From assembly GCA_905178155.1 (NCBI GenBank), contig CAJINV010000003.1:1900395-1964394 (forward strand): a stretch of 64,000 nucleotides of DNA, in the 5' to 3' direction. Source of the DNA: Amoebophrya sp. A120 (Eukaryota > Protista > Dinoflagellata). Shown piece by piece: positions 1 to 11,844 of the stretch (the first letter of the stretch is position 1; the number at the start of each line of letters is the position of its first letter). The translations under genes and the position numbers were made by a program. The notes below the pieces were generated by a model, which made no database searches, was not told where the DNA came from, and saw only the letters and a program-made list of their open reading frames with translations.

Positions 1-610
1 GGGCCCGTAGCGGATGCAAACCTAGCTGCTGTGAAGCGAGCATGCCATCGGTCTAAGGTACCAGAAATAGTAGAAAAAAACCATCCGGGGAAGAGACCCG
101 TACTTGAAGTACGGGTCTCTCCGGAAATACCCAAAGTCGGCACATCCTTTGGCGCCATACGCCCCTGTTAGCGCCCCAAAAGCCAGCCAGTCCAACAATG
201 TCGACCCCTCCCCGAGCTCCGCCCGTGGTGCAGAGGCTAGAGAAACGCCACCAGCTTTGCGAAGAGCTAACTGCGGGTCCGTAGCGGAAGCAAACCTACC
301 TGCTGTGAAGCGAGAATGCAATGACTTAACCTTGAGGTTCAGAACGTACCGAGAAAATGTTCTCGGGCAGTTTTTCAATTCAGCGCCTTTTTGACCTCAT
401 ACCCACGCTTTAGTGCCCTGAAAGCCTACCACCTTGCAATGTCGACCCCCCAGAGCTCCGAGGCTGACAGCAGTCCTTCAGCTCTCAACGCAATGATGGG
501 AGCTTTCTGAAGCGCTAGCTGACGGCACAGGGAAGGGGATAAAAAGTCAAACATTAAAAACAGGGTCACCTCCGGGCGAGACCCGGACTTGAAGCATGGT
601 CTCTCTTGGG
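1..610. repeat. Degenerate tandem repeat, unit about 240-275 bp, at least 2.5 copies, probably continuing upstream of the window
   Basis: GGG(C/T)CCGTAGCGGA(T/A)GCAAACCTA(G/C)CTGCTGTGAAGCGAG at 1 and 275. CAATGTCGACCC at 197 and 437. AGCTTT..GAAG.GCTA.CTG at 253 and 501. GAGACCCG.ACTTGAAG at 93 and 578. Confidence 0.75.
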
Positions 611-1547
611 ACGTCCAGGATGCGCATTGCCCGGCACTAATTTTTCAAGGCCATGATCTCTCCAACAACCCTACTCTGTCTCTTATGGGTGAAAACATAA
701 ATGGCGCGAAGTATTGAGCAACTCTATTCATCTATCGTTCGAATCTAGGCGGGTGCCACGCGAGCTGATCTGCGCCTTTGTCCACAAACATGATAGGTCC
801 GCGAGTGTAAGTATTGATTTTCTTAAGTTTCACATGCGTGCAAAGTGATCTTCTTTAGGTGCTTCTAATCTGGTGTAACAAACTGCACAAGTCACGTTTC
901 GTATATTAGAAGTTTTTAGGTCACCGTTTTGTCGGAGGCACGTGAGCCATCAAGTTTCTTTTCATTTTTTACGAGTGGACTGTTGACAAGTTGTGACACG
1001 ACACGACACAACTAAAAATCAGTACCTTTATTTTTCGTTCGGTGTGTAGTTTGCCACCGGTCATTGGAACGTTCTGCGAAGCAAGATTGTCGATCTTCGC
1101 TTCAAGTCCAACCTGACCTTTCTTCTCCACCTCCGGCTTCCTGACTGAATCTCCTCCAACGGTGCGCTCTGGGTCAGGGTCGGACGTGTCGGTTATGATG
1201 TTAAAGACGTCAGCTCCGGCTGCTCGGCCACTTCCTGTGGGGTTTTCACGGTGGGGCGGATGCTGATTTATCCCACTATTTTCCACGGACGGCTCCTCCT
1301 TATCATGCTCTTGGCCGCCCAAGTCTTGATCCACGTGATGATCATTCTGTTTTGCATTTATGAAAACTGCGATTTTTTCAATGTCGTTTTGAACACCAGG
1401 CGAAAGCAGGCACAAAGATGCGCATCCTTGTTGTACTTACACAAAAATGAGAAAGAAATAAAGACAATCAGAAATTTAAACATTTACATTGCAATTTTTT
1501 CTTCATATAAATTATAGTGGCGATCTGTACTAGTACTTTGGATATAT

Positions 1548-2189
1548 CTATACCGCCATCCACTTCTTCCACTCCTCCAGTAAGACCTTTTTTTTTGCCC
1601 AGACAAGGACACTTTTTTCCCAGTCATCTCTGAGCAACTTGAGCAGCACCAGTTGGTCGTTTTTTTCCAAAGGTTCGATCACCTGCTTGGCAAACCTCGT
1701 CTGCTGCTCCAACTTGGAAGTTGGCTCGGAGTTTTTTTCATATACAATGAACTCATCGATGAGCGCTTGCATAAGTGGTGGAAGTAGTCTGGTTTCGGCT
1801 TCTGCTTGACCTTGTGCTTGTTCTCGCACCGGGGAGTTTAATTTCAACGCCGAAGATGAAGACGCAGTAGCGGCTCCAGCCGCTCCCGTGATGTCCGCCT
1901 CGACGTTTCCTTGGATTGCTGGCACACCAGCAGCCGGAGCAGCACCAGCAACCGCAGTGCCCGCCCCACTTTCGCTTGCCATTGCGGCAGCTTGCGGCAC
2001 CTGTGCGTCGCGGTGATCTGCAGGCTCATTGGTGGGGACCGGAAATATCTCGTCGGGTTGTTTCTCGACGGGCGCGACGAGGTCGTAGTGAAGCCCCGCC
2101 GAGTCCGAGTCGTCCAGCCGCTTACCTTTCAATATATCAAAGGAAATCGATGGCGCGGTTCGTTTGGTTGTCCTCAAAACGGTACACAC
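1548..2189 (-). CDS. Exon of a hypothetical protein, probably part of a multi-exon gene extending to about 4.2 kb
   Basis: 213-aa ORF with natural-looking helical C-terminal part. It ends at a GT donor-like site (ATGGCG|gtatag). No family recognised. Confidence 0.5.
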   Translation of the reverse strand: MCTVLRTTKRTAPSISFDILKGKRLDDSDSAGLHYDLVAPVEKQPDEIFPVPTNEPADHRDAQVPQAAAMASESGAGTAVAGAAPAAGVPAIQGNVEADITGAAGAATASSSSALKLNSPVREQAQGQAEAETRLLPPLMQALIDEFIVYEKNSEPTSKLEQQTRFAKQVIEPLEKNDQLVLLKLLRDDWEKSVLVWAKKKVLLEEWKKWMAV

Positions 2190-5100
2190 ATGAAAGGCAC
2201 TCGAGAGTTCGCAAACGCACGACTGATTTTAACCGACATAACATCCACGCACTTGGCCCAGGCCGTCCTCAGGATCGTGCTGCATAATTCTGAATTAAAA
2301 TAAAACATATGGCACGATAGCCAGCATAGCTGTACCGGTGTACGCCAAGTTCACACATTCCCGGATGGGTTCCCCGGGATATCTCGGCAAATAGTTTGTG
2401 TGGATAGTGGGAAGGGGGTGAAAGTTGGAAAACAGCCGGATCTCCACAATATTAAACCTGTACATCAATGAATCAGTCAGACGTTGTAAAACTGAAACTT
2501 CGAAGTGGCAGTGGCACTGACGAAAGGATATATATCTTTTATGTGCATGATCAGCTTCTTTTTCACAATTTTTACGTAGCGCATTTTCGAGTGGTCCGTA
2601 CTGCGCCACTCCTGTCGAACAGATAAAGACGGAACTGCGCCAGTCCCCCATGATGTCAATGCAAAATTAAAAGCTAAGTAATACCGGTACTGCGCAGCGA
2701 GCATCATGAAATGGTTCGCGTAATTTCCGTCTTGTGCCATATCATCGGTGATGCTCGCAAGAGTATCGAATTGCTTATCATTGGAAAAACGCGTCCCGGA
2801 GACCTGACGAAGAAAGACCGGAACCCGAGCGCGCACCTTTGTTTGAAGACTGGAGCGGTGCTCCAGAGCAGCTCTCGTGGCAACGGCTAGTGCAGTAAGA
2901 AGTGGGCTAATCGCTGGAAAATTGCTTACAGCGTACTCTTCAGGCATAGTAGCACTGTATCGAGCAACTGCTTCTAGTCGGCCTATTTCTGCAAATCTAT
3001 TAATTTGTATGGCCCTTTCCGCTCAATGCATTTATTTTTCATTTTCTCTTCGGGTCATCCTCAGCTCTGGTGCGCGATAAGTGCGGCCTTCTTCAAGCGG
3101 TGTCCGGCCTTGAGTTTGGCACTCCTCTTGTGTCATCATCGTACGGAAACTTGTCCTGCAGCGTCGGCGACGAAATTGATGGATCGTTCCACATCCGCCT
3201 GAGCACGTCACAGAGCTGTTATGAAGAGTACTACTATTTCGCATTTCATTATCCTACGACAGCAGGAATAGCACTGGCGCAGGACAAGCACAAGGTCCAG
3301 CTCGAGTCATTGCAAGTTGCTATTGCTTTCTGATCCTACATGAACAAAGGCGCCAGAATTTGCAGGTGTTCACATCCAAACTCAAAAGTCCATGACCTAA
3401 GCTGTCAGAATGCTGGAAAATCGAGAAACTCAAACAACTATACCTCCTTCCGCAGCTTTGCCGCCCTGTCGAAGTCGTTTCGAAATCGATACCCATTCAG
3501 CACGACGTCGAGGCCGTAAAAGAAACAGTTACCGTCGCTTTTAATGCAGTTCAAAAGACGCATTCCAGCCAGGCTGCAATGCTCATTGCATTTGTCTCGT
3601 ATCTGCTGTTTTTCTGCCTTGGTGAGCTTCTCGTGCTATACACTGCAAAGAAAAGCATTGATGACAGATATCATCTTGCTCTGCAATAGAGTACAAGTAC
3701 TAGAGGAGCACACTAATTATGGCAGCGAAGAGGTCCTCCTCCTCAATTGTTTTGCACCTGGACCCGTCAATGGAGGACGCAAGCACCGCCCACACGATAA
3801 AGGCAAAAAACTTAAAGAGTAAATCCCTGTACCTTACTTAACACTCCCGTAAGCACAACTCGCTTGGATACTAGTTTGCGGCATGACCACTGTATCAATT
3901 TTCTTTAGCTTTTCTTGCAGCTGATATAGCTCGCAGGCTGGCTCTGAGCTGAATCTGAAATTGCAGCTCCTCCCCCTCGTACTGCAACATCGATGGTTTT
4001 TGGAACATCGACGCGAAGCCGCTGGGGACATTCCCCTGCCAAAGTTGGTTTACGAGCCGAGCTTGTGCTGCCGACATGCGCATGCCCGAGCTTGAGCTGC
4101 TGGACGAGCCAGCTGGTTTCTGCGGCATGATCCTTGTAGAGGAATATCGAGTTGTTTGTCCTAGCTTGCAATGATAGAGCTGTATGCCCGGCTGTGACGG
4201 TGGCAGAAGGAAGATAGAGTTGTACGCCCGGTCGTGACGGTGGCAATCAGAAGTACGCACGATGTCGAAGGATCACAAAATCCAAATCCACAAAGAAGAC
4301 CTGCCCCACATTTTTCGTCAGGTTCCAGTTGGACAGTTGAGATTTGCGCAGCGAATGTTGCAGAAAAGTATCTTCTTGTTCTTTGGAATTGGACAATTAG
4401 AATACTACACGTGGCACGGAGGCGACCCGCTAAAACGATAAAGAGATCACATACCTGAACGAGCTGTGGTCAAGAGGTTTATTAACACCACTCACTGTGG
4501 TCAAAAGCATGTGTGCAAGAGCTGTGGTCAAGAGTAAAACTCTAACTCTAACCGAATTTTGAAAGCGATACATGAAAAAAGCAACTGCAACCGATAGATT
4601 AAGCACCGAGGTAAACGAGAAAGAACGGAAAAAGAGAAAGGCAAACAGGTCTAGGTAAGGCTATGGCTAACACTACACATCACGCATCAAACAAAAACTA
4701 CTCGACAAAAAGGGGGCCGGAATGTTTACCGACTTCATCACACCACAACTCCCGATTTGATATACCAGCACCAGGATTGAAGAAACGTAAAAAAGTGTGA
4801 AGATAATTTGCACCGCACACTACAACACTGATGATGAGTTTCCGGAATTGAGTTTTCCATTTTCTCGCCCTCTCTCAGCATGTGCAAAGAAAAAAAATAT
4901 CATAGACGGATTTGGCCTTTCGCTCGACACAATCTGTCCCTCTCAATGACTACAATATCAATAATATGACGTCATCAAAGAAAGCAATACTATATCGAAG
5001 AGCAGGGCCAGCATATTTGATGCTACTGCTGTCTATGCTTTGCCTTTCAGTTTTTTTAGCATAGCCCACTAGCAGCGGAAATAGTGAATAAATAGAACAC

Positions 5101-5486
5101 TTTATCCGCATTGCCCGTGACACAATCGATGGAATTCTTCAATGTCTTCCATCGCCTGGCTTCAAGAGCGCAGATATTACAGAAAGCCAGCCTATGTCAT
5201 TTTGTATCCGAGTTCTTCCTGACTATCTACTTGATCTTGACGCTGTTCGATTTGAAGTGCAACGCACTGTACTGTAAAGATACAGTAGTCCCTTTGGTCC
5301 AACGAAGTACAAAACCATGCACCGCATTCACAACTTGTAACAAGTCCACAACTTCGCTACTTACTAGTACTCATGAGAGCCTGCATAGACATCGACACAG
5401 CCTCATCTTCACTTGCGTTGTTGACGCGGACAGACTAGGCTCTAGTACTTCTTATTGGTTCACAACGACAACATTCTGCTTTCCCA

Positions 5487-6818
5487 CTATTTCTTTGCAC
5501 ACATCTTGGTCGTGCTGGATTTAGGACTTTTCTTGGAGCTGGAAGCACCAGATGCTGCGAAGAGTGAAGCCACTTCCGACAGCACCCTTTTTTCAAACTC
5601 TTCTTTTTTGACGAGAAACCCGACTGCTGCTTTCACCTGCCGATAGTTTGTTTGATCGAACTGCGTAGCGTAAACGTTCAAGAATGTCGTATCGCGCCCG
5701 TACTCGACCCCCTGTTCAGGCCGCGCGGAGCCCAGAAATTTCATCACGATTGCAGCCAGGTGGGCCTCTTGAAGTCGCAGAATCTTTACAATGTCAACGG
5801 TTTCTTGCTTGCGGGAAATTGCAGTTGCCGAAGCTGCTTCGTTCGCGGTAAAGTCCTCCCCGCTCTCGCTACTTTCAAAATTGTCCACCTTGTACAACTC
5901 CGAGTGAAACTCTTCGCAATAAAAAGGAGGGGTGAAAAGGACATCGCGGAGAGCGGGCGGATTCGCAAGGAATTCGGGAGTGATGTGACGGGCGTTACCG
6001 AAGTCAAGCACTTTCAACGTCCGGCCGTCGCTGAAGGTTCTGCCTCCTACATCGTCAGTTATGGCGCAGTTGTCCAGCTTGTGGTCCAGATGCCAGATAT
6101 GCTGCTCCCAGAGGTAAAAACAGGCACTCTGGAACTGCGCGCCGAAGACCACCAACTCGTCTGCAGGGATCTCATGCAGCAACCCCAACAAACTTCGGCC
6201 ACCATATTCCGCAAAGAAGTACCACTCGCTCGGGTCTGCTTCCTCGTCCAGAAAAGATTCACGGATCCTCACGATATTTTCATGCTGGATCATATTCATT
6301 ATTTCTACTTCCTGCACAAAAAGTTCTTGAATTCTTTCAAGTTTCTGCGCGCGCGCGGACGGGGTAAGCCCAGCCTTTTTGTTCATCTTCGTGTCTGTCG
6401 CCACTTCTTGGTCGACACGGTCGTCGGCAGGTTCCCCTGGCGTGTGGTTTTGTGAACGGTGGTGCGGGAACAGTTGCTCCAAGCTTTGGAGTTTCTTCTT
6501 GACTTTTCGCGCCTCCCCGAAGTGGTCTGCGATCGAAACGTGCAAGTACTTCCTACTAACTGGGGTTTCGATTCCGCGCTTCGAAATTCTTGCGTACTTA
6601 CCCCGGTTGGCCATGATTTTCCTCAGAGCGCTTGCACGTTCTGCCACAGTCGGCAGAAACCTGCGGTCTCCTGGAACGTCATTTGTGTACGTCTCGTCCC
6701 TGGGCTTTTCTTGCAGTCTGGCCTTGGCGAAAACTCTACCGCAAATAAAGCACAAACGCAGGTGGTCCCTGGAGGGTTCACCAATCGCAATTTCGTAGAA
6801 TTGACACCGTTTCTGCAT
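5487..6818 (-). CDS. Divergent Ser/Thr protein kinase-like protein
   Basis: EVEIMNMIQHENIVRI (alphaC/beta4), HLDHKLDN (catalytic loop variant), LKVLDFGNA (DFG). APE and DxWSxG motifs are not recognisable. Confidence 0.85.
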   Translation of the reverse strand: MQKRCQFYEIAIGEPSRDHLRLCFICGRVFAKARLQEKPRDETYTNDVPGDRRFLPTVAERASALRKIMANRGKYARISKRGIETPVSRKYLHVSIADHFGEARKVKKKLQSLEQLFPHHRSQNHTPGEPADDRVDQEVATDTKMNKKAGLTPSARAQKLERIQELFVQEVEIMNMIQHENIVRIRESFLDEEADPSEWYFFAEYGGRSLLGLLHEIPADELVVFGAQFQSACFYLWEQHIWHLDHKLDNCAITDDVGGRTFSDGRTLKVLDFGNARHITPEFLANPPALRDVLFTPPFYCEEFHSELYKVDNFESSESGEDFTANEAASATAISRKQETVDIVKILRLQEAHLAAIVMKFLGSARPEQGVEYGRDTTFLNVYATQFDQTNYRQVKAAVGFLVKKEEFEKRVLSEVASLFAASGASSSKKSPKSSTTKMCAKK

Positions 6819-7148
6819 TGGCGTCGTAAAGGAACAAGCGGTGCACTGCCCGACCGGATGACTATCAGGGAGAACGTGCAGACAAGTAAGGGGACAGGCT
6901 GTTGTTGATTATTGAAAGAAATGGAAATTGATCAACTGAAGTCGTGCGTATTAACTTTTTTATTTTTTCAAATATTTTATATATTTGCGTACTCTTCTGC
7001 ACTTGCTTACGTCGGCCGAGAACATGAACGGACTCGACCCCAGTAGTGCGAAATCAAGGCCGAAAGCAATAGAATAGTGTTCATCAACATCAAGCAAGCA
7101 TGAAGCAGTAGTATGCTCAATTACATTTACATCAATTTCATATCAATA

Positions 7149-9344
7149 TTATAAATAAAGCATAATATTTATACACTCTAGCACGTCACCGCGGAAAGCG
7201 TAATCAGGGTAGAGTCCTGGCTCCAGAATTCGTTTGCTGGAATGGCGAGGGGTAGCGTTCCGCGCAAAAGATTCCTTTGCGCCAGCAGATGCAGGCTGCG
7301 CTCCGATTTTTCCGTAGTTACTCCTACTGCTACTCCTTAAATCGTCTTCGATCAGCGACTTTAAAAACATGGATCCCTCGTCGTTGGCGGGAGTTGTAGT
7401 GTCTATCCACCGGCAGCGCCTTTGCATGTCGAAAGCTAGGTCCGCAACCAACCACTCACGAGCTCGGGCAACATTTGGCAACTCGACGTCTTCATCTTCT
7501 TCCTTTTCATGCTCGACACTTTTGGACGGTTTGTCATCATCTTGAGCCTTTCGTATTCTCGCGACAACTCGCAGTAAAGGAGTAATGTACATCAGGGCGC
7601 GAAAGATTCTGTCAGCGTCAACATCGACGGGCTTCCCTGCCGAGTTTTGTGTTATCTTCTTACGCGGTCTGGGCTTCGTTCTTTTACTTCCATCACCAGT
7701 GTCTCGTGGAGTTCTCGTACTGCCTTCATCTCGTGGAGTTGTCTTTGCACTTCCTTCGCCAGCTACATTTTGCAGGCTTTGGGACTTTTCTCCTAATAGG
7801 CCTCGGCTGGCGTTCTTGTCGTGATTTCCTACTCCTTTCTCCTGTCCAGAGACATCATCTTCTTCTAGCAGACTTTCCTTGTTCTTATTGGGAAGTTTCA
7901 GCAATGGCACAGCAGAAAGTGCCTTGGCCTTGGCTTTGGCTGGTGCTTTTTCCTTTGACGACTTCTTGATACTAGAAGTGTCCTTTAGCGCGGATTTCGT
8001 CGTCGTCGCACTTTTCGACCCAGCGAAAAGGTCTTCGTCGTCATCTTCCAGAGAAGGAGATTCATCAGAGCCTGGCTCCTGCTCAACCTCTTTCTCTTTC
8101 TTTACTGCCTTCATTGGCATAGACTTCTGCTCGTTATTCTTGCTGGAGCGGGAACTAAATCGTCCATTTGCATCACGAAAAGCTGAAGCTGATACTCCAG
8201 TCTTTTTCGCTACGCCACGAGACGTGGCCGGTTTCTCTTCGCTTTGCTCCCGAGACGACAACTTCAACTTCTTCGTCGCCGGGTCTCGACCATCATGTCC
8301 GTTACCTTCGTCATCTTCGTCGTCGAGGAGCTTCACCTGGGTCGCAGTTTCATCTCCTTCGAGATCCGGGGCACCGCTAAAAAAGGTTACGACATCTTTC
8401 TTGTCTTTGAACTGCACACGTTTTTTCGACTCGGAGCGCTTGTCGTCTTGATCCTGTGATCTTTTTACAGCACCCAGCGTAGGTTTCTTCGCGTTCGCAG
8501 AAGAGACGAGGAGCGGTGCTTTAACATCATCTATCGCGTTACTCCTGTTCGTAGCAGATGTCAGATTCTTATCTCCCTTGGGCAGCGAAGACGTCGGCCC
8601 AAGTGAGGCGTTGCCGGCTACTAGGCCTAGTAGCTTATCCTTTTTCCTTTGCTGGTCTTTCATTTCACGGTCGTTCTCAGCATCGCCACTCTTTCTTGCA
8701 CTTTTATCATGTTGTTCTTCTTCTTCATCTTCATTTTCGAAAGTCTCTTCACTGCTTTTGCCCAAGCCCGACTTCGCCAATACGCTTACGACATTCATCT
8801 CTTCGTGTTTTGGCCCTGTCTTGCCTTTCATTTTGCTTTTTCTCCTCTTTGAACCGCTTGCCGCTGTTTGGCTCGATGCGGGTTTTTCATCTTCATCTCG
8901 TTCGTCGTCATCCGACGCTATTGTGATGTTTCGCTCTTCATCGCTACTATCGTTGTCGGCATCGTGCCGAGCTGATGCCGCGACCGTCGTGTAGGGTTCG
9001 TAGTTGTCTATGGTGTCCTTGTAGGCATCCCGAAGACAAAGAATTTTGCCTAATGACTCGTTTGCGGAAAACAGCAGGCGGCGACGACGTGCTGCAGTTT
9101 CGTCTCTACTAGTTAAAATTGTGGAGGTCGATGCAAAAGCATCATATTCGACGCAAAGCCTGTAGGTGCCTTCCACCCCGCGCTCGACGTATTCCACTGA
9201 CACATTAGACAGTGCAAAACCGCGCTCAATCTGTGCCAGTGGCAGGGCTTTTGCAGAAGAACCCGGCTGGAGCAACATGTTCATCTTCGTCTTGCCACTT
9301 GCGCTGTCACGCGAACACAGATCGCACGTCTGCAAAAGCAACAC
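7149..9344 (-). CDS. Low-complexity K/E/D/S-rich hypothetical protein (last exon)
   Basis: 731-aa open frame. Canonical acceptor ttttgcag just before TCDLC suggests unresolved upstream exon(s) at about 9.4-9.7 kb. Confidence 0.7.
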   Translation of the reverse strand: MLLLQTCDLCSRDSASGKTKMNMLLQPGSSAKALPLAQIERGFALSNVSVEYVERGVEGTYRLCVEYDAFASTSTILTSRDETAARRRRLLFSANESLGKILCLRDAYKDTIDNYEPYTTVAASARHDADNDSSDEERNITIASDDDERDEDEKPASSQTAASGSKRRKSKMKGKTGPKHEEMNVVSVLAKSGLGKSSEETFENEDEEEEQHDKSARKSGDAENDREMKDQQRKKDKLLGLVAGNASLGPTSSLPKGDKNLTSATNRSNAIDDVKAPLLVSSANAKKPTLGAVKRSQDQDDKRSESKKRVQFKDKKDVVTFFSGAPDLEGDETATQVKLLDDEDDEGNGHDGRDPATKKLKLSSREQSEEKPATSRGVAKKTGVSASAFRDANGRFSSRSSKNNEQKSMPMKAVKKEKEVEQEPGSDESPSLEDDDEDLFAGSKSATTTKSALKDTSSIKKSSKEKAPAKAKAKALSAVPLLKLPNKNKESLLEEDDVSGQEKGVGNHDKNASRGLLGEKSQSLQNVAGEGSAKTTPRDEGSTRTPRDTGDGSKRTKPRPRKKITQNSAGKPVDVDADRIFRALMYITPLLRVVARIRKAQDDDKPSKSVEHEKEEDEDVELPNVARAREWLVADLAFDMQRRCRWIDTTTPANDEGSMFLKSLIEDDLRSSSRSNYGKIGAQPASAGAKESFARNATPRHSSKRILEPGLYPDYAFRGDVLECINIMLYL

Positions 9345-11445
9345 GGAGGCGCCAGCACATATTTTTTAAACATAAAGTAAAAGACGTAGGGCTAGGCATA
9401 GGTAGTGCTGGGTCATGTACATAAACAAACGCGCTTCAAGACTGTCCTTGAGCACGCCCACACGGAGACGCTATGATGGGATTGGGATAGCGTCATCGAG
9501 CTGTTTCAGTTCCAATGGCAACGTCCAGTGTCTACGTCTTCGTTTTTCGTAGCCAAAACAAGTACCAGTCGGCAGAAGAGTCCCACAAAGACCAGCAGGT
9601 CGCAGCTTTTACGCAGCTTACCGACATCAACACGCGCACATTGTGGCCGGGCCAGCGGATGAGAAGTCGATACTTTATGCTGCTGAGGACCGACATGACC
9701 AACTTTACTTGAACAAACCACACAATGCATGACTATCATGCAAGGAAAAATACAGCAAAAAAAAAGCTCAGCAACCTCCAGAACAACCAAATCAGAGCGT
9801 GAAAAAAAAACGAACACGACGGACGAGCAGTCAGCTTCGTGACCTTATTGAGCTTGTCTAAGTGTTGCTTCTAAATTGAATGCTTGTTCCAATAGGTTTA
9901 ATTTATTCTGAAACGAAAATCGTATTCAGCACAACAAGTCTAAATACGGTGGGATTTTATTTTTCGGTCTTCGTAATTGGTTTTCTCTACCTTACTCAAG
10001 CACCCCCGCCGTAACTGCATAATACGTAAACTCAACTTCGTCGAAAGCCGTCCGCTAGATTTCACAGACAGTGTAGGGGTGCTCAGGTTTTGCTAAAAAC
10101 TACAGGTGCACTGGTTCAGAAGCGGCTTGCCGAGTGGTGTGCAGAGAAATGGTGCCCAGTTCATCAGACTCGGCAATCCATCCCTCAGTGAGCTTTCTTA
10201 CCCAGCCCCTAAGGTGACAGCCACAGCACTGAATGGTAATGAGTCCCGGAGCTCCGTTGGGAACCCAGCGTCGTGCGTCCTTGCCTTGTACTGAAGCAAT
10301 CAACTACAGGTAAAATATAAATATCTAGTGACCTGGCGATCACGACACGACGCAGGCATATAAAAATAGCCAAATAGTCTCCTAATTGCACTGAACCATA
10401 TCAAATAGGTCTGAATCAAATAATTTCATATCTTTTTAGTACGTGTCCTCTACGGATGGACCGTATGGCTCCCAGAGGAGTTCAGAGTCCTCGTCCACTG
10501 CCGAACGAGATACATCGTAGCAAGTAAAAGCGTCTACCTAATACAATAATGCACCGACTTGAGATTTGAAATTAATTTCATTTTCTTCTTTTTAGTTTTG
10601 TGTACATTTCTTTCCTCGCACTGCATGCTGACATCATAATCTCATCATACATTTCCTGACAAACTAGCGCAGGCACTTTCAATCTGCTGGCTAGGCTCAT
10701 TGCCGATGCCAACGGTTAAAGTGGAGATGTGGGTGCCATGATCCTCTTAACTTTTCCTCTTGATGTTGGTACCGTTCTTTCGAATGAGAAGACTTGCGCT
10801 GATGGATACGCTTCTAATTCAATTTCAAATTCATCACTGGAGGGATTTTCCTTGTGGTTTTCGTAGAATCATACAAACATTAACATATCTTCTGAGGATA
10901 GACATGAAGTAGCCTTTTTTTAGTTGTTCCTATTGCTTTTGCTGCTCTTCCAAAAAATAACTCCAGTCAAATTTACTTTTTCCGTCGAATTGTCATTGCC
11001 ACCCCCACCTCCAGACACTATTTTTACAAATAGGGAATGATTTCAAATCGCCAAATTTCTATCGGCAGATTCAGAAAAATACTGATTTTCTCTTTCTTGG
11101 TTCGACGGAAATGATCCCGTGAATCGGTAGGATCGCCGCGGGGGAAGATGCCCGGTACCAAGTCGGTGCTCTTAATGGTTGATTTCTTGCAGACCGTGCG
11201 ATACTTCTTCACTGACGACCCGACGAGCTGTGCAGGTATGTTTGAGTATTATATACAGGTGCTTGGGTTCGGAACCTCGCAATCTCATTCAAGATCATGC
11301 GCACAAAATTTCACTTCCTTCCAATAAATTTTGCCGAAGCAACCACTCAGCGGTCAAGGTCATCTTCGTTCAATGCTAAACACAGAGTTGTACCGCACTA
11401 GAAGTAAAAACAAGGATGCAATTACGGCAAGCAAGGTAAACATCT

Positions 11446-11844
11446 TTAGGTTAGGAAACTGAAAGCAGATTTTGAAGAAAATGAATTTATTATTACCACA
11501 GCCACTTCCAACTGCTTGGCTAGCTTTCCAGCGTTGACGTCAGATAGTGCAAGTATCGGAAACTTGCGACGTTGCCAGGCATCTTGTTGCAACAATGCGT
11601 GCTCGAATTCCATGAGCGTCAATTTCATCATCGAAGACACAAACACCTGAATGGACGGAAATTTCTCCGAGACGAAGAATTCGATCGCACCGTGCAAGAA
11701 TGAGCTGCGCATTTCGAACCACTTTACCAGGGCGATGTAGGCGAGATTGGGTGTTGCAAGAGACTGCGGCGAATCCAACATTGCGAAGCGGAAAAATACC
11801 ATGAAGTTCTCTTCTAACTCGTCGGCGAGCTGCAGAGATTGCAT
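11446..11844 (-). CDS. Exon of an unresolved multi-exon hypothetical gene (about 10.1-13.1 kb)
   Basis: 132-aa ORF with globular-looking sequence, flanked by AT-rich intron-like stretches. The in-register opposite frame has stops. Confidence 0.4.
   Translation of the reverse strand: MQSLQLADELEENFMVFFRFAMLDSPQSLATPNLAYIALVKWFEMRSSFLHGAIEFFVSEKFPSIQVFVSSMMKLTLMEFEHALLQQDAWQRRKFPILALSDVNAGKLAKQLEVAVVIINSFSSKSAFSFLT

Noticed and set aside
4-62. CCGTAGC...CTAAGGTAC resembling the dinoflagellate spliced leader and its donor
   Set aside because: Only 7 nt match at the start, the CATTTTGGCTCAAG core is absent, and the second repeat copy lacks the donor-like end.
4170-4540. Short local duplications (about 39-bp tandem pair; CTGTGGTCAA three times)
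   Set aside because: Too few and too irregular for a CRISPR array or element, consistent with ordinary slippage duplications.
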